Shown: piece after piece, positions 26,901 to 39,353 of the stretch
Layout: every line of letters starts with the position of its first letter
Numbering within the stretch: position 1 is the first letter of the stretch
Source of the DNA: Vicugna vicugna
Taxonomy: Eukaryota
NCBI GenBank assembly: GCA_013265495.1
Contig: MU057700.1
Location: 248,001 to 312,000 of the forward strand
DNA length: 64,000 nt
Direction of reading: 5' to 3'
Position numbers and translations under genes: made by a program
The notes under the pieces: generated by a model
Databases searched by the model: none
The model's input: the letters and a program-made list of their open reading frames with translations, nothing else
Told to the model about the DNA's origin: nothing

Positions 26901-28079
26901 CCATGCTGCCGGCTCCACTTCTCTGCCCAGCAGCCTCAGGACTTCACTCTGCAGAATCGGAGGTGGCCAGGGGTAGGGCCTTTAGAGATTACTCGTCCAA
27001 AGGAGGAAACACTGAAGCACACAGAGGGGCACAGCTTGCCCAGGGCCGCACAACAACTCTTATGCTCTAGCCCTGCTGGGGGCTGGTCCACCACCTGCAT
27101 GTAAATCCCTGAGCCACGAAGTGGTCCATGCTGGGAAGAGGTGGAGCCCATGGTCCCACAGCAACTTGGCCTCTTGCTGAGGCTTGGCTGGCCCTGGATC
27201 CCTTCATCCTGTTCCAGGAAGAACTATTTATGGCTTCTGGTATCTGTTTATTCTTCTTGAAAAAGCGTTTTTGAAGTATCGAGATAACCAAGTTCATACA
27301 AGCCATGCTTGAATTTCCAAAATCATACTGTAGGCATTTGGACTGTACCCAAGAGGAAAATGCCAGCAGCCCAGAGGCTGCATCTATGGATCCAGAGAAG
27401 GATACTGGGGACAGGCAGGACCTGGCTTGGGGTCCAGAGGAAAGAGGCAGGCACTCTGGGTAGTCTTGGGACATCTTCCTAGGAGTGAGGGATGACACAG
27501 ACGTGAGAAGGTAGAGGTTCCCTTGATTCCAAGAGAAAGAGGGCGTACATATTCTCAAGCTTCCCCTGGGTGGCTGTGGACTTTGAGATGTAGGGGAGAA
27601 GCAAGGGTTCCCAACCCTAATTCACACCTTATGTGAGTGGCCTGAGCCCCTTTTCCCCCTTTAAGAATAGAAACAAAACCTTGGTCTACAAAGTCAGCCC
27701 TCCACTGCAGTGGGTCCCCGTGGCCCCTTGGAGGAAGGCAGATGCTGGACCCAGCCTCTGCCAGCTGGAGTGGGCAGCAGAGGGAGCAGCCAGCCTGATG
27801 ACGTGCAGCCCTTATGCTGCGCATATTGCTTAGACCTGGTCTAAACAGTGAAGGATTTCCATCCAGTTGCAAAACAGCTACTGCTGGGTCAGCCCCAAGG
27901 GGGTTAAAGCTGGCACCCAGCTGCATTGGGGCTGCTCAGGGCCTTGAGAGGGGATGTCGAACCGTGCACCTTCTGTTTCACATCTTCTGTTGGGTGAAGC
28001 CTCCCAGGTAGCCTGTGTCTTGCTTCCTCCCTGTGCCCCTCCCTCCCCCAACTTGGCAACTCAGCTGAGCTTCTGGAAA

Positions 28080-28430
28080 ATTTCTGGGTGTCTCTCACTA
28101 CAGGTTCCCACATTGGTCTTTCTATGCCTTGAATGCACCAAGCTCCTCCTGGCTGGGGCCTTTACACTCACTGGGCCCTGTGCCAGGCACACCCTTCCAA
28201 GCACGTTCACGGGATACTCCCACCCAGCATCGCAGTCTTTGCGCCAGGCTCACCTCCCCAGGAAGTCCTCCTCTGACCCCCAGGCTCTAGGCCATTGCCC
28301 TTCTCATCACCAGCTGTATTTTGTTTCTTTGTTTACTTGTTGACCCCCCTCCCACAGCCCTGAGAGTAACCCCAGAGAGCAGGGAGTGTGTGTCTGAGAA
28401 CTTGGCACATAGTAAATATTCATTAACTTA
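28080..28430 (+). mobile_element. L2 fragment
   Basis: cacctccccaggaagtcctc...cttggcacatagtaaatattcatta. Confidence 0.55.
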
Positions 28431-29629
28431 AAAAAAAAGAATAAGTGAATAGTCTAGTTAGGGATGCAAAATGCCACCCAATCGTTGAAGAACCTACCAA
28501 TGAGGAGCTGGAGGAGGGGTGCAGGGGTGCAGATCCAGGGCCTGTGCCTTCTTCCTCCACTCCCTCACCTGAAGCAGACATCGCTAATGTAACACAGCAC
28601 GTTTGGCTTTTGGAGCCCAGACAGAGCTCTGACCCTCAGGGAGCCCTCTAGGGAGGCCCTCAGGGACCACTAGCGCTCCTTAAGAGGTGGTGGGAAGAAG
28701 ACTAGGGTATAAGATGAACATTGTGAGTGGGCTGGCAGTCCAAGGGCGAGGCCCTTGAGCATGCTCTAAGAGTCAGGAAGGCTTCCTGGAGGAGGTGACT
28801 GGGTGGGCCAGAAAGGCATGGGGACAGAGAGGGAGGGAAAAGGACAGTTTGGAGGGTGGGTAATAACATAAGCCTTGAAAGTGAGAATCAAGTGGATACG
28901 TCCCCAAGACAATAAAAGCCAGCCTGTGTGGAGAGGAGGGCACCTGTCAGGCTGGCTCCCATAGCTTGTTCCTGCTTGGTACCAGGCAGAGCCTTCTGGC
29001 CTACCAGCTGGAGAGAAGCTAGCGGATTGTAAGGAGAGAATTGCTGAGCACTGCTGAGAACACACACCAGAACATGCTCTCGGTGGGTGAGCCAGCATGG
29101 GGTCCTGTCCAGGCTCTTTATGACCAAGAGTGGAGGACAGTCCCTTCGAGGACCCAACTGTGTGGAGGGTGCTGCTCCCATGCAGCCATGCTGCCTGATA
29201 CAGCCTTTCCTGATACCCAACCGGCAGAGTCCTCAGGCTTCTCTGACCCTCTATGCTGCCCATATTCCCTGGGCACCCTTCCTCCCTTGGTTACACACCT
29301 CGGCTGATGGGAACAAGTCTCCCTTCTCTAGGAGCTGCTGAGGATGCTTGGGGGCAGGCATCTTCTGGTGGTCTACTGCTGAGCCAGCCCTGCCTCCCAC
29401 CGAGCATCCTCGGGAGGAGCACTGCAGCCTCATGTCCTGGTTTTAGCTAAAGAACATGCATTGTGTTAGGCCTATGACAGAATCCATCATGTTCACTAGA
29501 GAACACTCGGGAAGCCTTCGACAAGGGTAAACACAGAGAAGAGAACAAAAGAGGACATGAGAGAAGAGGCCAGTAGGGGGCAGGCACCCCGGTTACCCTT
29601 TCTGGGTGTGTGTACCAGTCTGTTTTATA

Positions 29630-29775
29630 GGCATATACACACACGTGCACACGGAGGCACACACAGGCACGTGGGTACTCGCACGGTACACATGCGCACT
29701 CATGCACAAAGCACGCACGTGCTCTCGGGACATACATGCATGTGCACAAGCACAAGGTCACGTGCGTGTGCACGG
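29630..29775. repeat. Degenerate CA/CACG/TGCA alternating purine-pyrimidine tract
   Basis: catatacacacacgtgcacac...catacatgcatgtgcaca...cacgtgcgtgtgcac. Confidence 0.75.
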
Positions 29776-32700
29776 ACTTGCTTTCATCCAGGCCTGCTGC
29801 CAAGGAGTGGCGCTTCTCCCAAGTGGTGCCGTGTGGAAACCCATCTCTGTCATCCGCTTGTCTCCTTTTCCCACCGGTGACCCTGACACTCCCGCTAACA
29901 CCCTGTATTACCGTGAAAGTTATTTTTGCAGATTTCACAGGTGAAAATTGGTGAGTCAGGCTTTTTTGTTGCTGTGAGGCAATTTGCTCCTTGTTGATGG
30001 GCCTTTCCTGCTCCTGCATTTCCACGCCCCTCCGCCTCTCTCCAGGCTCCGCAGGGCGCCGCAAGGACATTCACGCCTTGTCCTTGTCCCACTTGCCGGC
30101 CTGTTTCCCAGGCGGTCCTCCACTCAGGTGGAGCTCTGTGTGGGGAAGGGTCTCCCTCTGTCTTTCCCTTTATACCTCCTGTCTTTGCCCGGCGGATATT
30201 TCCATTAGGCTCTTGATAGGTGCCTGGTTTCCATCGTGATCTGCTTCATCTCAGGGAAGTCACCTGCCGCGGCCCCTGCCTGCTGGTGGTCTGGCAGCCT
30301 CCTCCCTGGCCTCCCCATGTCCAGCTCCATCCTCCAGCCCCTGCAGCTGCCCAGAGCCTCACTGGGTCCCACTGCCCTGGGCCTGACCCCACCGCCATGC
30401 CCTGTGTCCCTGCCCTACTCTCCCTGTCCTCTCACTGTCCTCTCTGTGCCTTTGCATGGGCTGCCCCTAGGTCCCGTGGCCCCGCTCTCCAGCCCGAGTT
30501 CTGATGCCACCTTTTGGAGCAGTGGGTCCCCATGCACGGGTGGAGGGAGGCTCTCTGAGGATGGGGCCTGGCTGTTGCCTTTTTAGCAAGTTCCAGGGTG
30601 GGGATCAGGCCAGATTTGAGAGCCCCTGACTGGAGAAAGCCTCCCAGCTCAGCTTTCCTGCCCTTTCTCCCACCCCTGCATCTGTCAGCTCCATGGTGCC
30701 GCTGAGTCTGGATGGGGAGGGTGGGCCGTGGACTCCTGGCCTTCAGGGGCCCAGATCATGATTCCAGGAAGAACTTCAGGAGATACTTATGTCCTTTTGG
30801 CCTCCAGGAGGCGGAAGTGGACAGATGGATTCCTGGAAGCCTCATGTGAAAACACATTATAAATCCTCTGTGCCAACTTAATGTGTCTCCCAAAGGGGAA
30901 CCTTTGTGCAGATGGAGATTCTGATTCCCAGATGATTGAGGAGAGAGGCACGTTTACTATCTGATGGTGCGTTTGTGCCTCAGGAGTGCCTGGAAACAAG
31001 GCTGCCTCTGCTCCAGCTTCCAGCCTGGCAGGGGTCCCCACCCCGTCCCAGGGCATCGCAGACCCAGGAGGCTAGGCTTAGGTGGGGCAAACACACAGGG
31101 CAAACACACAGTGTGCAGACCCACAGCTGGTCAGGAACAAGCCGGCAGATGGACCAGAGTGGCTGGCTAGCATGAGGGGGACATTAGAAGGGCCCTTCTC
31201 AGCTGCTGCAGGGTCTCCTGGAACACTTGGTGAGACTCTGAGAAGCCCAGGGTGGAGAACCCAGGGCTCACCCATCATGGATCCCAGAACTCTGCTGTCC
31301 TGCAGCTCTGCGGACCAGGGCATCCTTGGGGAGCGCTGGCCTGAGGCCACAATATCCCAGGAGACAGGCCAGCCCATTTTTGCACTTCCTTGCTTTGTGG
31401 CCTTGAGTGGGTCCAAGCTCTGCTCTGAGCCTCTGTCTCCTTGCCTGTGAGACAAGTGGAGGCTGTGGACAAACTGTATTGGTTTATGGGTTGGTGCAAA
31501 CCCAGAAAGCAGCTCTACTGTGGGGCACCCAGCTTGGTGCTTGTTGTCATGGTAACCGACAGGGAGGGGGCAGGTACAGAGGTGAGAGTGAGCTGGGCTG
31601 AGGTCACTGATGAGGTGGGCCAAGTGACACCCTGTGATGGAAGCAGAAGGACAGTGGTCTGGGCCGTCCTGCACTCACCCTCCCTCTGGCCTTTGGACGT
31701 TGATGGCCAGATTCCTGGCTCCTGGATGGCTGTGCGCCTGAAGCAAGTCTCTGGGCCTCAGGCTCCCTCCCTGTACAATGGATGAAGGGGAAGTGCTGGA
31801 CCAGTGGTCCCTCCCTCCACTCTCGAGCCTGCCTTATGTGGTTCCTGAGCTGGTGTTTACCAGACACCCGCCAGGGCCGTTCATGCTGCCTACACTTCCC
31901 ATGTACTTTCCTCAGCTCTCACTGTCCTCCTCGGGGCATCATTACAGCCTCCTCTGCCTAAAGATGGCAAAGAACCAGCATCCACTCAAATCATATCTCC
32001 TGGACAGAGCGGCCTGCTGTGCCCCAAGGCCGCAAAGCTGCCCAGCCTGAGGACACAGGCCTTCCGGAGGACCCAGCCCTGGGATCCTTGTCCTGCCAGC
32101 TTTGGGACCCTGCCGGGCCCAGAAGTCTCACCTCCGGCCCTGATCTGAGTGATCATTCTAGGGTCAGCCTCCCTGTGGCAGGGCTTCCAAATGGGGAGGC
32201 CATGTTCTCTTAGCAAGAGGAATGTTCTCTGAAGATGACAGCCCTGGAGTGGACCAGGTCCTTCAGTGTCAGGGATGCCTTTCGGCCAGGCCAAATGTCC
32301 ACGTCAGAGGAACGGGAACTCTGGGGAGCAGCCGGCAGGTGAGGCCTTGGCCCTCCAGTCCAGCAGGAGTCTGACCAGGTGAGCAGCCAGCCTCCCCTGC
32401 AGCCCCTGCCACCAGCATTGGCCAGGGAGGCACGTCTGGGCTTCCTTTAGGAGAGAGGGGTTTCCTCCGCCCACCTTGCGGGGAGAGCATTTTGTCTCCT
32501 CCTCTGCTCTCAGAAGACAAATGCTGGCTGCTGGGGCCACACACAGACAAGAAAACAACCTCTCTCCTGAAGCTGGACCAGCTAGGGAGTGCTGCCTGAA
32601 GGGAAGCCTTGCTTATGAGAAATCAATTGACCTCTTTGAGAGCAGGAACCTGAGTGTGTCCTCTCTGAGGCCTTTGGGTGGAGCTGTAGAAAGAGCCAGA

Positions 32701-34907
32701 GCGTGGCCTCCCCCGTCCTGGCCCACCCCTCAGAGGGCACCAGGGCATGGACCCAGTGCTCCTGCAGGCTCCCCGGGCAGGTCGCTGCCCCCCTGCCTGG
32801 TGATCTCTGTGCAGAGGGCTCTGGCCCGTGCTCTCCCCACCACTGCCAGCCAGGACTTGGGGAGGCACTCAGTGTGAAGGGGCGGGAGGATTCAGGGGAG
32901 CACGGCCAAGGAGGGGCACTGCTTTGGAACTGCCCTCCTTCACTGGGAGGACAGGACCCAGATGTGCTCATGCCTGGGCCTCCCTCCCCACCCTCTCCCT
33001 CCCCAGCCTGCATTCCCGCCGGGGACCTCACCTGGTGCAGGAGGGGCCGCTGTCCTTCCACACTCAGCTCCCTTTCCAAAGGGCTGCTTCGCTAACATCC
33101 AGCACCTCCTGGTGCCCTTTGTGGGAGCAGGGTCCCCTTCCTGCACACCAGGGTCTCTGCAATCTCTCAGCCCTGCCACCAGGGCCATCCAGGCCTTTCC
33201 TCACCGTCCCCCCCAGGACCCTTTGCATCTGGCCAGGCCCCCTGGGAACTATCCCCACCTAGCCCACCTGGCCCCTCGGGACACTCCTGCCACCCACTGG
33301 TCCCTGTGCCTGAGGAGCCCTGCTGCAGGTACTGAAGTCCTTTCTCCACCTCTTCCTTTCCCAGCCTGTTGCCAGGAGAGTGATGATAGGGCCTGGGTGC
33401 AGTGAGCGGCCACTGTCCCAAGCAGTCTGTGCTGTTAGTCACAGTTAGGTAAACGCCCAGTTACGCACGTGGCTAGTTACACACGTAGGGCAGGCGGGCA
33501 GCTCTCCCTTAACCTGTTACCAGATCAGGACAAAGACGAGGGCCATGGTCAAGGGCAAGCAGAGGCTCTGGGAAGAGTCTTGTGGGGGATCCTGCCCTGC
33601 TGGGGGCTGTTTGCTTAGGCAGAGCAGTAACCACCGTGATATGAGGGGGACATCAGAATGGCCCCCCATTTGCCCTGCCCCACGCCTTTGGCTCTGTTGG
33701 TACCTAAAACCATAGTGATTTGTGTGCTTTGAACATTATTCTCCAAAAGGGAGTATTAATGGGATAGTGTTAGGGAAATGCAGAGACCGCTGTGGGTTTC
33801 CCAGTGGACAGCAAGTCATGCCCAACTGGTCCAGGTCCCCTGGGGACAGGGCCAGCAGCCAAGGAGAACTGGTACTCAGCCCCTCCCCGGGGTGTTGGGT
33901 GCACATGCCATGATGCTCACAGGTGTGCCTGGGTGTGAGCGATTTAGGGCAACCAGTGACCACTCAGAATGCTGACTGGCCCTCAGGCCACACCATGTCC
34001 TGGAGGTTCCCGTTTGCGCCCTCCGTGAGGGTGTGAAGGAAACTAGAAGGGGCATCTCATCAGACCGTCCTGAGTACAGGCAGCCGTGGGCTGTCTCCCA
34101 GGGCAGGCATAGAGCCTCTGGACAGCGCCAGCCCTTGGAACTAGCAACTGAGAAGTTCCTAGGGCTCACAAGGTGCTTGATATGTTTTGCTTCGTGTCTT
34201 GCCAACCACTTTGAATCGGGTGTCATGAACCCTGCTCTATACTTAGCAAACGCTAACTCAGAGAGGCGCCCACCTCGTCCATCGCACTCAGGGCTGGAGC
34301 TGAAGCTCCGCCTGCAGAACTCCCTGGGTGACAGGTGGCTGGCAGAGGTGGGGGTGCGGCTCCAGCTGGGCAGTGTGGGGAGGGCAGTCAGTGGAGGAAG
34401 CAGAGCCTGAGTGTCACCTACTCCTTTGCCCTGGGTGCTCACTCCTGCGTGGTCCCACGGATGCCATCAGACTTTCCCCTGGGCCTGCTGGCAGCCTACA
34501 GCGCCCCCGCCCCGAACTCTGGCTTCCATAGTCTTAGCCTCCGCAGGGTCTTTGCTGTCATGCTGGTCAACACCCCCTGTGTGGGCACTTGGGTTCCGTG
34601 TTCCTTGGTTCTGCAAGGTCAGTCACCCCGCCTTAGGTCACCTTCCATCTTCTGAAAGTAAAGTCCTGCAGGCTGTATGTTTTTAAAGGAGGGAGCAGGT
34701 GTTTTTACCAGAAGGGCCTTTGGCCTTGTGGGGAATGGGGAGAGGGAGGCTGAGATCCCTAGTGTCCCTAAAATACTGCTTCCCCCAGTTCGGCTTCTCT
34801 GAGGTGTGGCCCACAGCAGACTTGGAAGGACCTTGGGGCTCACAGGGCTTTGTCTGCCTTGCCTGGGGTGTTATTTCTTTTTTTTTTTGTCTCTCTCAAC
34901 TTTTTTT

Positions 34908-35040
34908 ATTTTGGTGGGGGGAAGTAATTAGGTTTATTTATGTATTTATTTTAATTTTTTTAATGGAGGTACTGGGGACTGAATGTAGGACCTTGTTGCA
35001 TGCTAAGCGCATGCTCTGCCACTGAGCTATATTCTTCCTC
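34908..35040 (-). mobile_element. Vic-1-type SINE
   Basis: Typical head and tail. Perfect TSD ctctctcaacttttttt at 34891-34907 and 35041-35057. Confidence 0.92.
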
Positions 35041-35057
35041 CTCTCTCAACTTTTTTT

Positions 35058-35930
35058 TAACCATAAATTGTTTTGAAGTGTAATGTACATACAGAAAAGC
35101 GCATGAGTCATAAATGTTGCGGCTCAGTGATTTTTCATGGCGTGAATATGTGGGTGACCAGCACCCAGCCCCAATCCCAGCGGCCCCCTCGGATCCTGAT
35201 TTGCTCCATGTGATGGAGGTGAGACTTGCCCTTGCATGTGGTTGTCTTCGTCCATTCTCATTGCTGGGGGTGCTCTCCTGAGTGATTACACCTCCTCACT
35301 GTGGAAGGCAGCCGGGTGGTTCCCAGTTTGGAGCCACTGCGAATAGTGAGGCTATAATACTTACGGATGGGTCTTGTGGTGTATCTAAGCATTTCTGGTG
35401 GGTCTACACCCAGGGAGGAATCTCTGGGCCTGCTTATGCTCACGTGGCTTTTCTGGTTTAGCTCCCACCACCAGCGGCTGGGAGTTTCTGTTGTGCCACA
35501 TCCTTGTCAGCACTTGGAATTTTCTGCCTTTTCATTTTAGCCATTCTGGTGGGTGTACAGCAGTATTACACGGGGGTGTTACCTTTCCTTCCCCCAGTGA
35601 CTATTGGTGTTGAATGCTTTTTCTTATGTTTATCACCCTTTTGGAGAACCTTTTTGGTAAAGTACCTCTTCAAGTCTTGGGCTTATTTTTAAAAAGTTGG
35701 GTCTTCTGATGCTATTTATTTGCATGGGTTCTTTAAAAAAATTTTTTTTGGAGAGGGTAGGTAATTAGTTTTATTTATCTATTTTTTTTTCAGTGGAGGT
35801 ACTGGGGACTGAATACAGGATCTCGTTCATGCTAAGCACGCACTCTACCACTGAGCTATACCCTCCTCCCCACCTTTTTTTTTTTTTGTAATGGTTCTTT
35901 ATATATTCTGGATCTGAGGCCTGTGCTGGA
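35058..35930 (-). mobile_element. Old L1 3' region (L1MC/ME-like), interrupted by a SINE
   Basis: ttgaagtgtaatgtacatacagaaaag, cattttagccattctggtgggtgt, ttctttatatattctgga. Confidence 0.6.
35736..35885 (-). mobile_element. Vic-1-type SINE
   Basis: ggaggtactggggactga...ctctaccactgagctataccctcc. Degenerate TSD ttgcatgggttcttta (35720-35735) and ttgtaatggttcttta (35886-35901). Confidence 0.88.
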
Positions 35931-35984
35931 TATATACACTTACATCTGTACCTGCACAAGTATACACAGACATACACACGCACA

Positions 35985-36600
35985 CATATTTATTCAACAG
36001 ATAGGTGTCCCCGCAGGCAAACATGTCAAAGTCATTGGGGCACAACAAGGGAACAGGGAACAAAACAAAGGCCCTGTGCTCCCAGAGCTCAAATTCTCCC
36101 TAGAGGAGACGGACAAATAAGGAAGTAGAAAGAATGTGTTGGACTGAAGTAGCCATGAGGAGAAGAGTTCAGTGGGAGAGGAAGTGTGGGAATGGAGGTC
36201 AACACTGTATATATGTCACCAAGAAGGTGACAGGTCAGTAAAGACCAAGGGGGAGAGCCACGCAGACACCCAGGGAAGAGCGTTGCCCATGGAGGAAGGG
36301 CAGGCAGGGCCTAGGAGGGTGGTGGTGGTGGCGGGTAGTGCTGGCCCAGAGTGAGCGAGGGGTGAAGGGAAGGAGGGAGGTTTCAAATGGGGGCAGGCAA
36401 CTAGGATTCTGGCTTTCATTTCCCTGAGGGTTCTGGGCAGAGGAGGGATGGGGCCTAACTCAGGTTTTAACAGGGCCAATCCAGCTGCTGTGTTGAGGCA
36501 GCTCAGGTGGAATCAGGGACAGTAATTAGGAGCCTGTAGCAGTAGGTCCAGCCTCCTGTCCCAGTTTCCCATCTGTCCCTTGGGAGGATGTCCAGGGTCA
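35985..36600 (-). mobile_element. L2 fragment
   Basis: ttattcaacagata, gccctgtgctcccagagctc, ggttttaacaggg...ctgctgtgttgag. Confidence 0.5.
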
Positions 36601-38760
36601 CTGTCATCCCAGAATCAGGCTTCCTTGCTCTGCGCTCAGAGCGTCCTCTCACGGTCCCGAGATGGGTGCACTGCTCCTGGCTGCCATGTCCAGCCCACAT
36701 CATCTGGGACGTCTCATCTTTCCAGAAGCCCCCAGCACATGTCACTGGCCACACCACACCTGGTTCCTTCTCCACTTTCGAAAACCAACTCTGACAGAGT
36801 AACGGGGTTCCTGTGTTTGTCCTCACAAGCCCTCCCGGCAGCACCTCGCTCCCTGCACCCAGCCCCACCCACAGCTTCAAGCAGGGGAGCACCCTGGCAG
36901 GAGTCAGTCCTGGCACTCCACCTCCCCGCCTCCTTGGGCACCAGGAAGGATGTAGCTGTAGTTGAGGTACAGACATAAATGCTGAGGTCACACCTGTGCA
37001 CAAAGGAGAGCGAGCACCATCCGTGTCTGCCAGGACGTTCCCATTGCAGAGGGACCTCCTTCCTTCTGCGGAAGCACATACCTTATCAAGGTCCTTAGGG
37101 ATGCTGGTGAAATCTGTGGGTGAGCATCTATAGGAAGGCACTGTGGGGCTGAAAGTCAGCTCAGCCATCTCCTCTGGGCTGGAAGATATACAGAGGCAGA
37201 GGGGAAGGCTTGCTTTGGGTACAGGTGATGGCAAGGGTTTTAACTGCCCACACGGACTTCCTGAGACCATACTGTGGCCACCTTAGGACCCAGATGTCCT
37301 GCAGGACTATGGGGTAGAGCTGAGGACTGCAGGGATAGGTGCCTGGCAGGCTTCCCCAGGGCAAAATCGCAGGCCACACCCCTCTTGGTGCTCTGGAGCT
37401 GCCTGAAGGTGTAGGGTGGCCAGGCAGGCTCCGGACCCCAGGGCCCAGGCTGGTCCCGGTGCCATAAATCACTCACAGGGGCCACTGTGAGCTTTACATC
37501 CTCTGACTGGCCTGAAATGAGATGCAGAAGCAACAGGGAGAGAAGGACAGTGTGAAAGCTTAGCTGATGTGCCAGAGGTCTGCAGCCCTGGCCATTTCTG
37601 GTAACAAACACCCTCCGCCCCCACCCCACTGCCTACCCACAGGAGCTGTAGAAGGCTCTAGTTAACAGTGCAGGAGCTGGAGCAGTGGGATCTGGGTTCC
37701 AGTCTTAATAGAGAAAGTGGGATGGGGGCAGACCTCCAAAAGAGGGACACCTGTCTCCAAACTTCTGCATCCTCTTGGGGGAGGCTGGTGGATGGACCCA
37801 GCACAGCCCCTAATTCCTCAAGACAGAAATAACTGTCCACCAAAACTCAGCCTGAGGGCAGTCTTGCTTCTTGTAAGAGAACAGGCAAAGGAGAAGGGGT
37901 AGCTGGGAGGAGAGGTGGCCAGGAGTGGCGGGGGGCTGTCAGAGGCAGGCATCCTGGGACCTGCCTGGACACTGACAGGAACACCTCTCCCCATCCTAGC
38001 CCCAAGGCTTGCTCCTGAGCTCTCCAGGAATCCGGCTCTACTCCCTCTCCCAGCTTAGTCTCTCGGCTCTCTGGTTCCCGGAGAGGGCGCTCTTCCCTCA
38101 GTCCACCTTTTCCATTCAGATTCTCAGAGCCCGGACTGAGGGCTACGCAGAACGCGGTGGAGGGGAAGGCAGGTCACCTGACAGGATTCTTTCTGAGCGC
38201 TGGGACTCCTGGGGGCGGAATGACGCCTCACTGTGCCATGTGCCAGGCCCGCCCCACGCCGTGTCTTAGATTAGTCCTCCCACAAAAGCAGCTGCTGTGT
38301 CCCCTGTGTTCACTCAAGGAAACAGAAGGACAGAGAATTCCGTGGGACGCTCGAGGCCAGAGCTGTGTGGAGTGAGCGCCCCGTGAGGGGAGGCATTCAA
38401 GCCAAACGCTGGCCAAGCACCTGCTGCAGCTCTGTAGTGGACATCTACGATGAGGTGAGGTTCGGGAAGGGGAAGAGAGGCTCGAGGGAGGATATGGGGG
38501 TGCAAGGAACTGTCTGTGAGCTGGATCTCACCAACACAACCGCCCCCATCCTACGGTAAGCAGCGACGCACGCGGCGCCCCTTCTCCCCGGGCACAACCC
38601 ACCCAGCGCACCGAGCACCGACATCCTGCCACGGCCTCCCCACTGATGCCACCGCTTGCGCCCCATGCACTCCCAGCGCCTCCAAACCCAGTGCTTACAC
38701 TGCGTCTTTCTCGCGCCCCAACCCCTGCACCTTCCCCACCGCCCCTCCGGCCCTTTCCCC

Positions 38761-39165
38761 NNNNNNNNNNNNNNNNNNNNNNNNNNNNNNNNNNNNNNNN
38801 NNNNNNNNNNNNNNNNNNNNNNNNNNNNNNNNNNNNNNNNNNNNNNNNNNNNNNNNNNNNNNNNNNNNNNNNNNNNNNNNNNNNNNNNNNNNNNNNNNNN
38901 NNNNNNNNNNNNNNNNNNNNNNNNNNNNNNNNNNNNNNNNNNNNNNNNNNNNNNNNNNNNNNNNNNNNNNNNNNNNNNNNNNNNNNNNNNNNNNNNNNNN
39001 NNNNNNNNNNNNNNNNNNNNNNNNNNNNNNNNNNNNNNNNNNNNNNNNNNNNNNNNNNNNNNNNNNNNNNNNNNNNNNNNNNNNNNNNNNNNNNNNNNNN
39101 NNNNNNNNNNNNNNNNNNNNNNNNNNNNNNNNNNNNNNNNNNNNNNNNNNNNNNNNNNNNNNNNN
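38761..39165. other. Assembly gap (405 N) in the GC-richest part of the CpG island
   Basis: Run of N seen directly. Confidence 1.
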
Positions 39166-39335
39166 CTCGGCCCGACCCCGCCCCGCGGGAGGCTCTGAGC
39201 AGGGGGAGGAGGGCGTGGAGAAGTCCGCGGGCGGGGGCGGGGGGGGGTGGTACTGCCTTGGCACTCGGGGAGAGAAGCGGTCACACACGGGACGCCCTAG
39301 GCGCCGGGGGACAGCGCGAGGAGCAGGCAGCCAGG

Positions 39336-39353
39336 ATGTTTCTGGAGCCCCAG
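39336..39353 (+). CDS. RASGEF1A: RASGEF1A first coding exon (CpG-island isoform), MFLEPQ
   Basis: ATG TTT CTG GAG CCC CAG followed by donor GTAGGG at 39354. A at -3 of the ATG. Splices in phase 0 to ETMPQTSVVF at 58558, reproducing the MFLEPQETMPQTSVVF N-terminus I recall for the long mammalian RASGEF1A isoform. Lies in a CpG island. Confidence 0.85.

Noticed and set aside
36503..37270. 255-aa minus-strand ORF
   Set aside because: No recognisable domain, poly(A) or TSD. Such ORFs arise by chance at this GC content.
39298..39320. REST/NRSE-like motif (gcgcc-ggg-ggacagcgcg) in exon 1
   Set aside because: Only the right half-site matches, the spacing is non-canonical, and it is expected by chance in a CpG island.
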